In this document: one piece after another, positions 39,909 to 53,213 of the stretch | Layout of the letters: each line of letters opens with the position of its first letter | Position numbering within the stretch: position 1 is the stretch's first letter | Origin: Anaeramoeba ignava BMAN | Taxonomy: Eukaryota; Protista; Anaeramoebae | Assembly (NCBI GenBank): GCA_028826165.1 | Contig: JAPDFW010000033.1 | Span: forward strand, 496,001-560,000 | Direction of reading: 5' to 3' | DNA length: 64,000 bases | The notes under the pieces: model-generated | The model's database searches: none | What the model was told of the DNA's origin: nothing | Seen by the model: only the letters and a program-made list of their open reading frames with translations | Position numbers and translations under genes: made by a program

Positions 39909-42900
39909 ATGATCAAGAAGTGTATCAAAAAAAAAATTTAATAATTAAACCTTAAAGAAAATTTTTTTTTAAAATAAAATTAAACCAAAGAAAACAAAAT
40001 TAATCTTAATCGAATAAAGTTCAACTTGAAAAAATTTTTTGAATTGATGAAAAAAAAAAATCCACAAATTTGATTTTTACATAAAATAATTAATTAATTA
40101 AAAAAAAAAAAGCAAGGAAATGATTTTAATTTAATGATTTAATTAATAATTTAATTAAATAATTTAATTTAATATTTTAATTAATAATTTATTTAATAAT
40201 TTATTTAATAATTTAATTGAATGATCTAATTAGTAATTTATTGAATAATTTAATTTAATAATTTAATTAATAATTTATTGAATAATTTATTTAATAATTT
40301 GATAATTTAATTAATAATTTAATTGAATAATTTAATTAAATAATCTATTGAATAAATTAATTAATAATTTATTTAATAATTTAATTTAATAATTTAATAA
40401 ATTAATTAATAATTTATTTAATTTAATTAATAATTTATTTAATAATTTAATTAATTTAATAAATAAATTAACATAAATAAATTAACATAAGCAAATTAAC
40501 ATAAATAAATTAACATAAATAATTTAATTGAATAATTTAATTAATAATTTAATTTAATAATTTAATTGAATAATTTAATTGAATAATTTAATTAAATAAT
40601 TTAAATGAATAATTTATTTAATAATTTAATTTAATAATCTAATTAATTTATTTAATAATTTAATTGAATAATTTAATTAATAATTTAATTAATAATTTAA
40701 TTGAATAATTTATTTAATAATTTTATTGAATAATTTAATTAATAATTTAATTGAATAATTTATTTGAATAATTTAATTTAATAATTTAATTTATAATTTG
40801 ATGAATAATTTATTTAATAATTTAATTAAATAATTTATTTAATAATTTAATAATTTGATTTAATAATTTGATTTAATAATTTAATTAATAATTTAATTTA
40901 ATAATTTAATTAATAATTTAATTGAATAATCTATTTAATAATTTAATTGATAATTTAATTGAATAATTTAATTGAATAATTTAATTGAATAATTTAATTG
41001 ATAATTTAATTGAATAATTTATTTAATAATTTATTTGATAATTTAATTTAATAATTTAATTAATTTATTTGATAATTTAATTTAATAATTTAATTAATTT
41101 AATTGAATAATTTAATTTAATAATTTAATTTAATAATTTATTGAATAATTTAATTAAATAATTTAATTAAATTATTTAATTGAATAATTTATTTAATAAT
41201 TTAATAATTTAATTGAATAATTTTAATTAATAATTTAATTTAATAATTTAATTAATAATTTAATTTAATAATTTAATAATTTAATTTAATAATTTATTTA
41301 ATAATTTATTTAATAATTAATAATTTATTTAATGATTTAATAATTTAATTAATAATTAATTTTAATTTAATTTAATAATTTATTTAATAATTTTATTTAA
41401 TAATTGATTTAATAATTTAATGAATAATTTATTTAAATAATTTTAATTTTTAATAATTTAATTAATAATTTAATTTAATTTAATTTAATTAATTTAATTA
41501 AATAATTTAATTTAATAATTTAATTTAATTTAATAATTTATTTAATAATTTTAATTTAATTATTTAATTTAATTGAATAATTTAATTGAATAATTTAATT
41601 GAATAATTTAATTGAATAATTTAATTGAATAATTTAATTGAATAATTTAATTAATTTAATAATTTGATTTAATAATTTAATTAAATAATCTATTTAATAA
41701 TCTAATTGAATAAATTAATTAATAATTTAATTAAATAATTTAATTTAATAATTTATTTAATAATTTTATTTTAACTAATTTAATAATCTAATTTAATAAA
41801 TTTATTTAATAATTTAATTAATAATTTAATTATTAATTTAATTAATAATTTGATTATTTAATGATCTAATTAATAATTTATTTAATAATTTAAATTATTA
41901 ATCTAATTTAATTAATAATTTAATTGAATGATCTAATTAATAATTTATTTAATTTAATTTAATAATTTAATTAAATAATTTAATTGAATAATTTAATTGA
42001 ATAATTTATTTAATAATTTAATAATCTAATTAATTTATTTAATAATTTAATTTAATAATTTAATTGAATTATTTAATTAATAATTTAATTAATAATTTAA
42101 TTAATAATTTATTTAATAATTTATTTAATAATTTATTTAATAATTTATTGAATAATTTAATTGATAATTTATTGAATAATTTAAATGAATAATTTAATTG
42201 ATATAATTTAATTGATAATTTTTATTAATAATTTAATGAATATTTTAATTAAATAATTTAATTGAATAATTTAATAATTTAATTTAATAATTTAATGAAT
42301 AATTTAATAATTTAATGAATAATTTGATTTAATAATTTGATTTAAATAATTTAATTAAATAATTTAATTGAATATTTTATTTAATAATTTAATTAATAAT
42401 TTAATTAATTATTAATTTGATAATTTAATTGAATAATTTTAATTTAATTTAATTTAATTATTTTATTAATTATTTAATTTAATAATTTAATTGATAATTT
42501 AAATTAATAATTTAATTAATAATTTAAATTAATAATTTAATTGATAATTTAAATTAATAATTTAATTAATAATTTAATAATTTATTTGAATAATTTATTT
42601 AATTTAATTTAATTTAATAATTTAATTAATAATTTAATTGAATAATCTAATTGGTAATTTATTTAATAATTTATTTAATATTTTAATTTAATAATTTGAT
42701 TAATAATTTAATAATTTAATTAATAATTTATTTAATAATTTAATGAATAATTTAATTTAATAATTTAATTAAATAATATAATTGAATAATTTAATTAAAT
42801 AATTTAATTGAATAATTTAATTGAATAATATTTATTTGTTATTAATAAATAAAATAGTTTTTGAATTAAATTACCTTTTTACTACATTAATATTAATATT

Positions 42901-44770
42901 ACTCTTAATCAATCCAATCAAATCACTTGAAGGAATATGCAAAATTCAAAAAGAATTTAGAATAGGTGATAATACAACACAAAGTCAACGTTATCCAAAA
43001 ATATTTGAATTACAACAAGATACACTCGGAATGTTTTGGATGGGTTATGATAGTGATAATAAAACATGGGAAATATATAATCAACTTTATGCAATAAATG
43101 GAACAGCACTTAATTCAGAGAAAAAAATAACAATAAATGGTTCATTAGATGTAACGAAATTTGAAGCAACTCAATTTCCAAGTGGTGAAATTGTATTAGT
43201 TTGGGAAGCAGTATTATCAAGAAGTCCTTATACATATGAACCATTTTGTTTAGTAATTGATACAAATGGAGATGTTTCCACTCAACAAACATCCTTATTT
43301 GGAAATTCATTAACAAAAAAAAGATTACCAGTAATTGATGCGATTGATAACAGTAATTTTGCAGTTTTATATGTTGATATTCCTGGTTCACCAAATCAAA
43401 TCTATGCTCAAACATTCGATAACACATGTCAAAGTACAGTAGCTCCATTAGCTTTATTTTCAGGTTTCATTTTGTATGATGCTGATTCACCTAAAATCGC
43501 AAGTGGTCATGATGGAACACTTTATTTTGGATACACTGTATTTTCCAGTGCTAGTGCTGGGGGTACTTTAGTATTTACTCAACGTGCTCCTTCTGATCTA
43601 TCAGTTGCAGATACACCATTGAATTTACCAACTGCAGGGTCTTTTTTTCAAGCGGATTTATTTTATTGGGGAAGTAATTTGGTTTTTATTGTTGGTAAAT
43701 GCATTTCTAATTCATCGATTGATTTTGAATTAGTTCAATACTATCCGCCTGCTTACCTAGCAGTTGGAACTTCAATTTCTCCAATGGCTTATAATCCTAA
43801 ATTTGCAAATTTTACAGAAGATACTTTTGTTTTGATTTATGAAAATTATTATGCTGATGGAAGTGCAAATGGTATTTTTGGAATTGTTTGTTATAAAAAT
43901 TTCAGTTTCACTTTGCTTTATGATCAATTTCCTGTTAATACTTATACTGAATCTAATCAAGATTCACCTGATCTTCTTGTTATTGATAATCAAATTCTTG
44001 TTGTTTGGGAAAGTTTAGGTCAAACAGGAAATCCATTTGATTATTCAATTTATTATCAACTTTTAGAACCAAGAGATGTTACTTGTAATACACCAACTTT
44101 AAGTAATTACAATCTTAAAATGAATGAAAGCTCATCTTATCAAATTCCAAATGATTTATGTGTTTATGTTAATCCTGATTCAATTAATTTTACTATTTCT
44201 GTAAATGGAAATACAAGTCTTCCTGATAATTATTCTTTTAACAGTTCAACAAATACACTTGAATTCACAATAGATACAATATTAGCTTCTGATTTAGTTT
44301 CTATCAAATTCGAACTTGTAGAATGCAATTTTAGTCAAACAATTATGCCTAATTTGGAATTTTATGTTAATTTTTATGCAGAAATTAATCAATTCAATTC
44401 ATCAATTCCTGAACAAGATATATTAATATATTCCCCAATTTCTTATAAACTTCCAACTGATTTCTTTACATTTTTTGATAATAAATCACTTAATTATTCA
44501 GCATTACTTAATGGAAGTTCTAATTTTCCAGATAATATATATTTCAATTCAACTGATAATAGTTTGATTTCAGGAGGATTTTCTGAACCTAATTTTTTCA
44601 ATTTCACAATAATTGCAAGTGAAAATATTTTTGGAAATTCAAAAAATATTTCTATTAATTTTAATATTACAGCACCAGAAACATCAGAAAATCAAGAATC
44701 ATCAACATCTAATTTTGTTTTAAATTTTTCATTCATTTTAATTTTGTTTGAATTTGTTTTTTCCTTTTAA
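39909..44770 (+). CDS. Secreted/GPI-type surface protein, copy B (intact); 13-nt exon 1, intron 39922-42857
   Basis: ATGATCAAGAAGT|GT...AG|TTTTTGAA is in frame. Motifs FPVNTYTESNQDSP and VVWES.GQ.G..YSIY, two LPxxxxF Ig-like modules, hydrophobic C-terminus. Exon 1 is inferred. Confidence 0.78.
40120..42830 (+). repeat. Intronic 13-bp satellite (TAATTTAATTGAA / TAATTTATTTAA variants)
   Basis: Degenerate tandem units, with a few 14-bp AACATAAATAAATT units at ~40465-40520. Confidence 0.85.
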
Positions 44771-44834
44771 TCCATTTTTTACAAAAGAAAAGAAAACAAC
44801 CAAAAACAATTTTATTGTATTATTTTTGTTTCAT

Positions 44835-46744
44835 TTATTTTATTCTTCTTTCAACCATTTTTAAAAATCTTTTTAAATATGATTTTGGATTAATTGAAGA
44901 CATTTGATTAACTGTTAAATATCTAACAGCTTTCAAACTTCTTTCAACTTTTTTTGTGATTGTATATTCCTGAAGAATATCGATTAGGCCAAGAAAATAA
45001 ACGCATTCCCTTCCATTTTCATCAACACTAATTGCACGTATTCCTCCAAAAAAACTCTTCAAAAAATGGTTTTGTTGGAACAAACTAACTTGTGATTGGA
45101 GATCTTGAATCTTCTTGTTATCGATAAAAGAAATACCAACTAGTAAACTGTAATCCATAATATTTTGTTTTTGAAGAAACGTGATATCTTCACGAATTTG
45201 TGAGATGATTTTTTTTTTGGTGGCTTCACCAAGATAAATGAAATCAACCAAATCATTATCTTTGTAAACTGCTTCTGGTACTTTTGTTTTGCTTTTGCCT
45301 CCCCTTTTCACTGTTGATCCTTTCAAATCATATTTTTCATCAATTTCCAAATTTGTCTGAAAAACATTGTTCATGATCATAAAATATTCGCACGAGTTTC
45401 CAAACTCAATCTTATAATGCCCATATATTCCTGGGAGTAAAGACTCAGGGTTTTTCTTCAAATGCTGGAAATAGAGATTTGTAAGTCTGCGAAGAATTTT
45501 GGAATCTGGTTTAGAAATATTCTTGATCACAAATGCTTGATTTGTTGAAAGGAAGAACAATGCTCCACTTCTTCCTGCTCCTGTTTGCATGTGCTTTGGT
45601 AACTTCCCATCCCCGCACAATCCCTCCATGAACTTGTAGTAATTGATGTGGTGATTGAATCTTATTTGATGAAAATAAAATGGATGATATTCTTTGAAAT
45701 TTATGTAATCTGGTAAATATTCGTTTTTTTCATTGAAAAAATGATAAGATTCCTTTTCAATTTTAATCTTGACTGATTTTTGATTGAGATTGATTTTTTT
45801 GAAGTCTTCTTTTTTTCTTTTTTCCATCAATTTGAGGATTTTTCCCTTTTATTTTGATTTTAATTTTTAATTTTTAAATTTTAAATTTTTTAATTTTTAA
45901 TTTTTAATGATTTTGATTTTGATTTTGATTTTTTTACAGTTTCTTCAATTCCAGTAATTAATCCAATCTTTAAAAAATTTTGGAATTTAATTTTGGATAA
46001 AAATTTTGATGTGCTTTTTCCTGCTGTTAATGAACCTTGAAAAGCAATAGAATTTATAAAAGATTTTCCTAAATTATCAGAAATGAATTGAGTTTGAGAA
46101 ATTTTATCATAAATTGAGTTTTGGAGATTTTGAGAATTTTGAGAAATTGAGTATTTATTTTCAGGGATATGATTTGAGATGATTTCGTCAATAAAATCAT
46201 AAATATAATTGAGCTCTTCATTGATTCTAAGTTTTGAACTATGAAGTTCTTCAGCAATTTCCAAAAATTGAGAAACATTTTCCTTGTTCATTCCAATTTT
46301 CAAAATTCCATCAATTTCACGTTGAACTAATTTATGGAATTTCATTTGGTCTTTTCTTAATAAAATATTCTGTTCAAACAATTTTCCTAAAGTTGGTAAA
46401 TCATTTATTAATCTTTGCATTTTGAATTGAGTTTTTTCATTTTCCATCAAAAAGAGAAATTGTTCATCAATTAAGATTTCAGTTATTTTTGAAGTGTCTA
46501 AAAGGATTGAGTTGAAAATTTCCTTATAAATTTTTCTTGCAACTTGTGCAAAAATTATTTGTTGGTTTTTTTCTTGATTTTGTGTTTGATTTGAATTGGA
46601 ATTTATATTTATATTTGAATTTGTATTTTGATTTTGATTTTCTTCCAATTTTGGATTATATTTTGAGAAATCTTCATTTAAATCGATATTAAGTAAAAAA
46701 GGGCTTAATTCATGTTTATTTTGAAAACTTTGGTTTTGATTCAT
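44835..46744 (-). CDS. Phosphatidylinositol-phosphate kinase (PIP5K family) with a long N-terminal extension; intron 45846-45937
   Basis: GRSGALFF, SLLPGIYG, IMNNVF, YDLKGST, KDND, IMDYSLLVG, GLIDILQEY. GT-AG junction is in frame. Confidence 0.9.
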
Positions 46745-46926
46745 TTGTTATTTTATTTATTTAAAAGAAAAAAAATGAAAAAATTCAAAACAATTTTTTT
46801 TAGTTTTTAATTTTGAATTTAATTTTTAATTTTGATTTAATTTGAATTTTAATTTAATTGAATTTTAATTGAATTTGAATTTTAATTGAATTTGAATTTT
46901 AATTTTGATTGAATTGAATTTTAAAT

Positions 46927-47895
46927 TCATTTCTTCTCAACAAAATTTTGATGTCCTGTTGTTTTTGAATGAAGTAAAGCCTCTTTTTCTCCAACCAATA
47001 TCTTCCCACAATCTTGACATAAAAGACGAAACGTTGCAACATCAGTATAAGCCTTTTTATCATGGAGCTCTTTAATCAAAATAGCAGCTTGAGAAGAAAT
47101 TAAAGAATCAGAAGGATTAAAAATAGTTCTATCAAAATCTTTTGGGGCTGTTTTAGATGGAGAAAGAGCAAGAGTATCATAATGCAAACCATCATAAACT
47201 AAGAAGATTTTCTGTGTAAACCCCATATTTTCTCCGTAAATATAATTATTTTTGGATTGAATTTCATAAGTTGAAATTTCTGTTTTAAAATGTTTTGCAA
47301 ATATTAAAAGTTCTATCGATCCTCCCCAAGATTTTGATTGTAAAATCCATCGCGAATATTCACTATTTGATTTCCCTAAAATTGCTTCTGAAAATTGAAT
47401 TGGATCATCTAAAACAGTTTTTGACGTGATTTTTCGAAGTGTTGATTCTGATTCAGAATCAAATTTATGATTGATTGCATAATTAATTGCATGAAATAAA
47501 CAGGAATTATCATCGGGCATTTCTCTTCTTATAACAACTCCATCTTCTCGAGTTATCATTGGAATATCCGAATCAACTTGAAACGGTTTTTCATTTAAAT
47601 TTTTTTCTTCTTTTTTTTCAATTTTTTCTTCTTTTTCCATTTCATTTTCTTTTTCTTTTTCCATTTCTTTTTCTTCAACTATAATACTATCCCCATCACT
47701 CAAATATTTTGATAATAGTTCATTTTTTCCTGCAAATTCTATTAGTTTTGGGGGATACCCTTTTTTTATTACTTGTAAATTTTTTGCTATTTTAATTTTT
47801 GTTTCAATTATTTCTGAAAAATTTTCAATTTTAGTTTCTTTTGGAAAATTTTCTGTTATCATTCCTTTTGAAAATCTAATTCTTAATCGAATCAT
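46927..47895 (-). CDS. OTU1: OTU1/YOD1 deubiquitinase (UBX-like, OTU, C2H2 zinc finger)
   Basis: GYPPK, DDNSCLF, WGGSIEL, YDGLHYD, CQDC...H..TTGH. Confidence 0.93.
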   Translation of the reverse strand: MIRLRIRFSKGMITENFPKETKIENFSEIIETKIKIAKNLQVIKKGYPPKLIEFAGKNELLSKYLSDGDSIIVEEKEMEKEKENEMEKEEKIEKKEEKNLNEKPFQVDSDIPMITREDGVVIRREMPDDNSCLFHAINYAINHKFDSESESTLRKITSKTVLDDPIQFSEAILGKSNSEYSRWILQSKSWGGSIELLIFAKHFKTEISTYEIQSKNNYIYGENMGFTQKIFLVYDGLHYDTLALSPSKTAPKDFDRTIFNPSDSLISSQAAILIKELHDKKAYTDVATFRLLCQDCGKILVGEKEALLHSKTTGHQNFVEKK

Positions 47896-48001
47896 TTTGA
47901 TTGAAATAAAAAAAAGTGTTGGAAATTTGTTTTTGTTTTTGTTTTTTTATTTAATTAAAAAATCAGAAAAAGAAGTTGAGAAAAAAATGAAAAAAAAAAA
48001 A

Positions 48002-51000
48002 TCAAAAAAAAAATAATTTGTTTTTTTTAAATAAGATTAAAATTATCTTCAATTTAATTCCAAATTCGGAACTCCATTTTTCAAGTTCAGTTATTAATGC
48101 TTTTGAACAAGAAGGACGAACAATTTTTAAAGCATTTTCGAAATCTTTTATAGTTATTTTTCTGATATCTTGAACACTAATATTACTTATATCAACATTA
48201 CGAATTGGTTCCATTGCTGCTTCTTTGCATAAAGCAGTTATATCACTTGAAGAAAAGCCTTCTGTGATTTTTGCTAATCGACTGAAGTTTTGTTTACTGA
48301 GATTATTTGATTGATCTTTCATTAATCTCTGAATTAAAGATGTTCTAATTTTTTTATCAGGCAAAGGAACAAAAACTCTTTTTGACTTTTCAATTTAATA
48401 AATTTTAATTTAATTTAATAATTAAATTTTAATTTAATTTAATAAATAAATTTTAATTTAATTTAATAAATAAATTTATAAATAAAGTTATAAATAAAGT
48501 TATAAATAAATTTATAAATAAATTTTGATTCAATTTAATAAATAAATTTTAATTTAATTTAATAAGTAAATTTTAATTTAATTTAATAAATAAATTTTAT
48601 TTTAATTTTATAAATAAATTTTAATTTAATTTAATAAATAAATTTTAATTCAATTTAATAAATAAATTTTAATTCAATTTAATAAATAAATTTTGATTTA
48701 ATTTAATAAATAAATTTTAATCCAGTTTAATAAATAAATTTTAATTTAATTTAATAATTAAGTTTTTAATTCAATTTAATAAGTAAATTTTTAATTTAAT
48801 AAATAAATTTTAATTTAATTTAATAAATAAATTTTAATTTAATTTAATAAATAAATTTTAATCCAATTTAATAAATAAATTTTAATTCAATTTAATAAAT
48901 AAATTTTAATTTAATTTAATAAATAAATTTTAATTCAATTTAGTAAATAAATTTTATTTTAATTTAATAAATAAATTTTGATTTAATTTAATAAATAAAT
49001 TTTAATTTAATTTAATAAATAAATTTTTTTAATTTAATTTAATAAATAAATTTTAATTTAATTTTATAAATAAATTTTAATTTAATTTTATAAATAAATT
49101 TTAATTTAATTTTATAAATAAATTTTAATTTAATTTAATAAATAAATTTATAAATAAAGTTGTAAGTAAATTTATAAGTAAATTTATAAGTAAAGTTATA
49201 AATAAATTTATAAGTAAAGTTATAAGTAAAGTTATAAATAAAGTTATATAAATTTATTAAGTAAAGTTATAAATAAATTTATAAGTAAAGTTATAAGTAA
49301 AGTTATAAGTAAAGTTATAAATAAAGTTATAAATAAAGTTATAAATAAATTTGTAAATAAAGTTATAAGTAAAAAGTTATAAATTTATAAATAAAGTTAT
49401 AAATAAAGTTATAAGTAAAGTTATAAGTAAAAGTTATAAGTAAATTTATAAAGTTATAAGTAAAAGTTATAAATAAAGTTATATAAATAAAGTTATAAAT
49501 AAAGTTATAAATAAAGTTATAAATAAAGTTATAAATAAAGTTATAAGTAAATTTATAAGTAAAGTTATAAATAAAGTTATAAGTAAATTTATAAATAAAA
49601 ATAAGTAAAGTTATATAAAGTTATAATAAAGTTATAAATAAAGTTTAAAAAAAAGTTTAAATAAATTTATAAAAAACAAAGTTATAAGTAAATTTATAAG
49701 TAAAGTTATAAATAAAGTTATAAATAAAGTTATAAGTAAAGTTATAAGTAAATTTATAAATAAAGTTATAAATAAAGTTATAAATAAAGTTATAAATAAA
49801 GTTATAAAAATATAAAGTTATAAGTAAAGTTATAAATAAAGTTATAAATAAATTTATAAATAAAGTTATAAGTAAAGTTTATAAGTAAAGTTATAAGTAA
49901 AGTTATAAATAAATTTATAAAAATAAAGTTATAAGTAAAGTTATAAATAAAGTTATAAATAAAGTTATAAATAAAGTTATAAATAAAGTTATAAGTAAAG
50001 TTATAAGTAAAGTTATAAATAAAGTTATAAGTAAAGTTATAAATAAAGTTATAAGTAAAGTTATAAGTAAAGTTATAAGTAAAAGTTATAAGTAAAAGTT
50101 ATAAGTAAAGTTATAAAATAAAGTTATAAGTAAAGTTATAAGTAAAGTTTATAAGTAAAGTTATAAATAAAGTTATAAATAAAGTTATAAATAAAGTTAT
50201 AAATAAATAAAATTTATAAATAAAAGTTATAAGTAAAGTTATAAGTTATGTGGTAAATTATAAATAAAGTTATAAATAAAGTTATAAAAATTTATATAAG
50301 TTAAAGTTATAAAGTTATAAGTAAATTTCCATAAATAAATTTATAAATAAATGTTTTTATAACGTAAAGTTATAAATAAAATAAATTTTATCTTTTAAAG
50401 TTATAAATAAAGTTATAAATAAAGTTATAAATAAAGTTATAAATAAAGTTATAAATAAAGTTATAAGTAAAGTTATAAATAAAGTTATAAGTAAATTTAT
50501 AAATAAAGTTAAATAAAGTTTATAAATTTTCTTTATAAATAAATTTATATAAAAAATTTATAAATAAAGTTATAAATAAAGTTATAAATAAATTTATAAA
50601 TAAAGTTATAAATAAATTTATAAATAAATTTATAAATAAATTTATAAATAAAGTTATAAATAAAGTTATAAATAAAGTTATAAATAAAGTTATAAATAAA
50701 GTTATAAATAAAGTTATAAATAAAGTTATAAGTAAAGTTGTAAGTAAAGTTATAAATAAAGTTATAAATAAAGTTATAAATAAAGTTATAAGTAAATTTA
50801 TAAGTAAATTTATAAATAAAGTTATAAATAAAGTTATAAGTAAAGTTATAAGTAAAGTTATAAGTAAATTTTTAAATGATTTATAAATAATTTTGAAAAA
50901 TAATTACAAAACGACGTAAAGCTGCATCATCTAAATCTTGTGGTCTATTTGTTGCTGCCATAACTAATAATCTTTCATTTGGATCAGTAGTTGCTCCATC

Positions 51001-52915
51001 TAATTGAATTAAAAATTCTGTTTTTAAACGTCTTGAACTTTCATTTTCATTTTCTGTTCTTTTTGTTAAAATAGAATCAATTTCATCAATAAAAACAACA
51101 GAAGGTTGTCTTTGTCTAGCAACTTGAAATAAAGTTCTAACAAGTTTTTCTCCTTCTCCAACCCATTTAGAAGTTAATGAAGAAGCTGATATTGAAAAAA
51201 AAGTACAATGAGCTTCATATGCAGTTGCTCTTGCTAACATTGTCTTTATTAATAAAAATAAATTAATTGTTGAAATTAAATTAATTTTTGAAATTAAATT
51301 TTGAAATTAAATTAATTATTGAAATTAAATTAATTATTAAAATTAAATTAATTATTAAAATTAAATTCATTTTCGAAATTAAATTAATTTTTGAAATTAA
51401 ATTAATTATTAAAATTAATTTAATTATTAAAATTAAATTAATTGTTAAAATTAAATTAATTATTAAAATTAAATTAATTATTAAAATTAAATTAATTATT
51501 AAAATTTAATTAATTTTGAAATTAAATTCATTATTAAAATTAAATTAATTATTGAAATTAAATTAATTATTAAAATTAAATTAATTTTTGAAATTAAATT
51601 CATTTTTAAAATTAAATTAATTGTTAAAATTAAATTGATTTTTGAAATTAAATTAATTATTAAAATTAAATTAATTATTGAAATTAAATTAATTATTAAA
51701 ATTAAATTCATTTTTAAAATCAATTTAATTATTAAAATTAAATTAATTAATAAAATTAAATTAATTGTTGAAATTAAATTAAATTTTTGAAATTAAATTA
51801 ATTTTTAAAATTAAATTGATTATTAAAATTAAATTCATTAATTATTAAAATTAAATTAATTATTAAAATTAAATTAATTTTTGAAATTAAATTAATTATT
51901 AAAATTAAATTCATTGTTGAAATTAAATTAATTTTTGAAATTAAATTAATTATTAAAATTAAATTCATTGTTGAAATTAAATTAATTATTGAAATTAAAT
52001 TAATTATTAAAACTAAATTCATTTTCGAAATTAAATTAATTTTTAAAATTAAATTAATTGTTGAAATTAAATTAATTTTTGAAATTAAATTAATTGTTAA
52101 AAATATACTTTTCCATTTCCTGGAGGTCCAAATAATAATAATCCTTTTGGAGGAGATCTTAAACCTTGAAATAAATCTGGTCTAAGTGAAGGAAGAATTA
52201 TAAGTTCTTTTAATGCTTGTTTAGGATATTCAAGTCCAACAATATCATCCCATTTAACTGGAATTGTATTATCAATAATTTCATTTTCAATTTGATCAAT
52301 TAATTTTTGAGATTCAGCTGTTGGTTCTTTTTTTTATAATTAAAATTAAAATTAAAATTAAAATTCATTTATAAAATTAAAATTAAAATTAAAATTAAAA
52401 TTAAAATTCATTTATAAATTAAAATTAAAATTAAAATTAAAATTAAAATTCATTTATAAATTAAAATTAAAATTAAAATTAAAATTAAAATTCATTTATA
52501 AAATTAAAATTAAAATTAAAATTAAAATTAATATAAAATTCAATATTAAAATTAAATATTTACTTTTTTGTTGAGCTTGTTTTAGATTTTGATTTGATTG
52601 ATTAGGACTTTTTCTAAAATTTTTAGGAGAATTAGATTGTTTTGAAGTTGATAATTTTTGAGATAAAAAAATAATTCTTTCAGTAATTTGTTCTAAAATT
52701 CCATGCATTTTAGAGATAGATTGAGATATTTGTTGATAATCATTTGGTAATAAACGCAATCCTAAAGCTTTATTCATAATTTCTTGTGCATCAAGATAGT
52801 TTTTAAGCGCAGAATCTGGCGCAGAACTTTCTTGATTAATTGCAATATCAACTAAATGATAAGCTGTACTTTGTAAAGAACTAAATTTTTGAATTGGAGT
52901 TGGAATTAAACTCAT
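48002..52915 (-). CDS. SPAST: Spastin-like microtubule-severing AAA ATPase with MIT domain; 4 exons, introns 52327-52563, 51244-52108, 48386-50907
   Basis: MIT-like N-terminus, [20 protein letters not shown]|T (Walker A split by an intron), [29 protein letters not shown]|SKR, VRPS. Confidence 0.88.
48386..50907 (-). repeat. Bipartite intronic satellite: ~21-bp unit (48390-49145), then 12-bp TAAAGTTATAA(A/G) (49145-50870)
   Basis: Direct reading. G residues lie almost only on the antisense (+) strand. Confidence 0.88.
51244..52108 (-). repeat. Intronic 18-bp satellite (AAATTAAATTAATTATT(A/G))n
   Basis: Tandem 18-mers between splice sites. Confidence 0.85.
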
Positions 52916-53213
52916 TTTATAAAATAATTTCAAAAAAAAAATGAAAAAATGAAAAAATGAAAAATGAAAAAGGGAAAAAAAATTAAAAAAAATTTTTGAT
53001 TAATTTTTTTCCGATTTAATTTTAATTTTAATTTTTTTCCGATTTTAATTTTAATTTTAATTTTAATTTCAATTTTGATTTTAATTTTAATTTTAATTTT
53101 AATATTGATTCTAATTTTAATTTTAATTTTAATTTTAATTTTAATTTTAATTTATAAATTAATTTTAAATTTAATTTTGAATTTTTCATTTTTTCATTTT
53201 TCATTTTGTTTAA

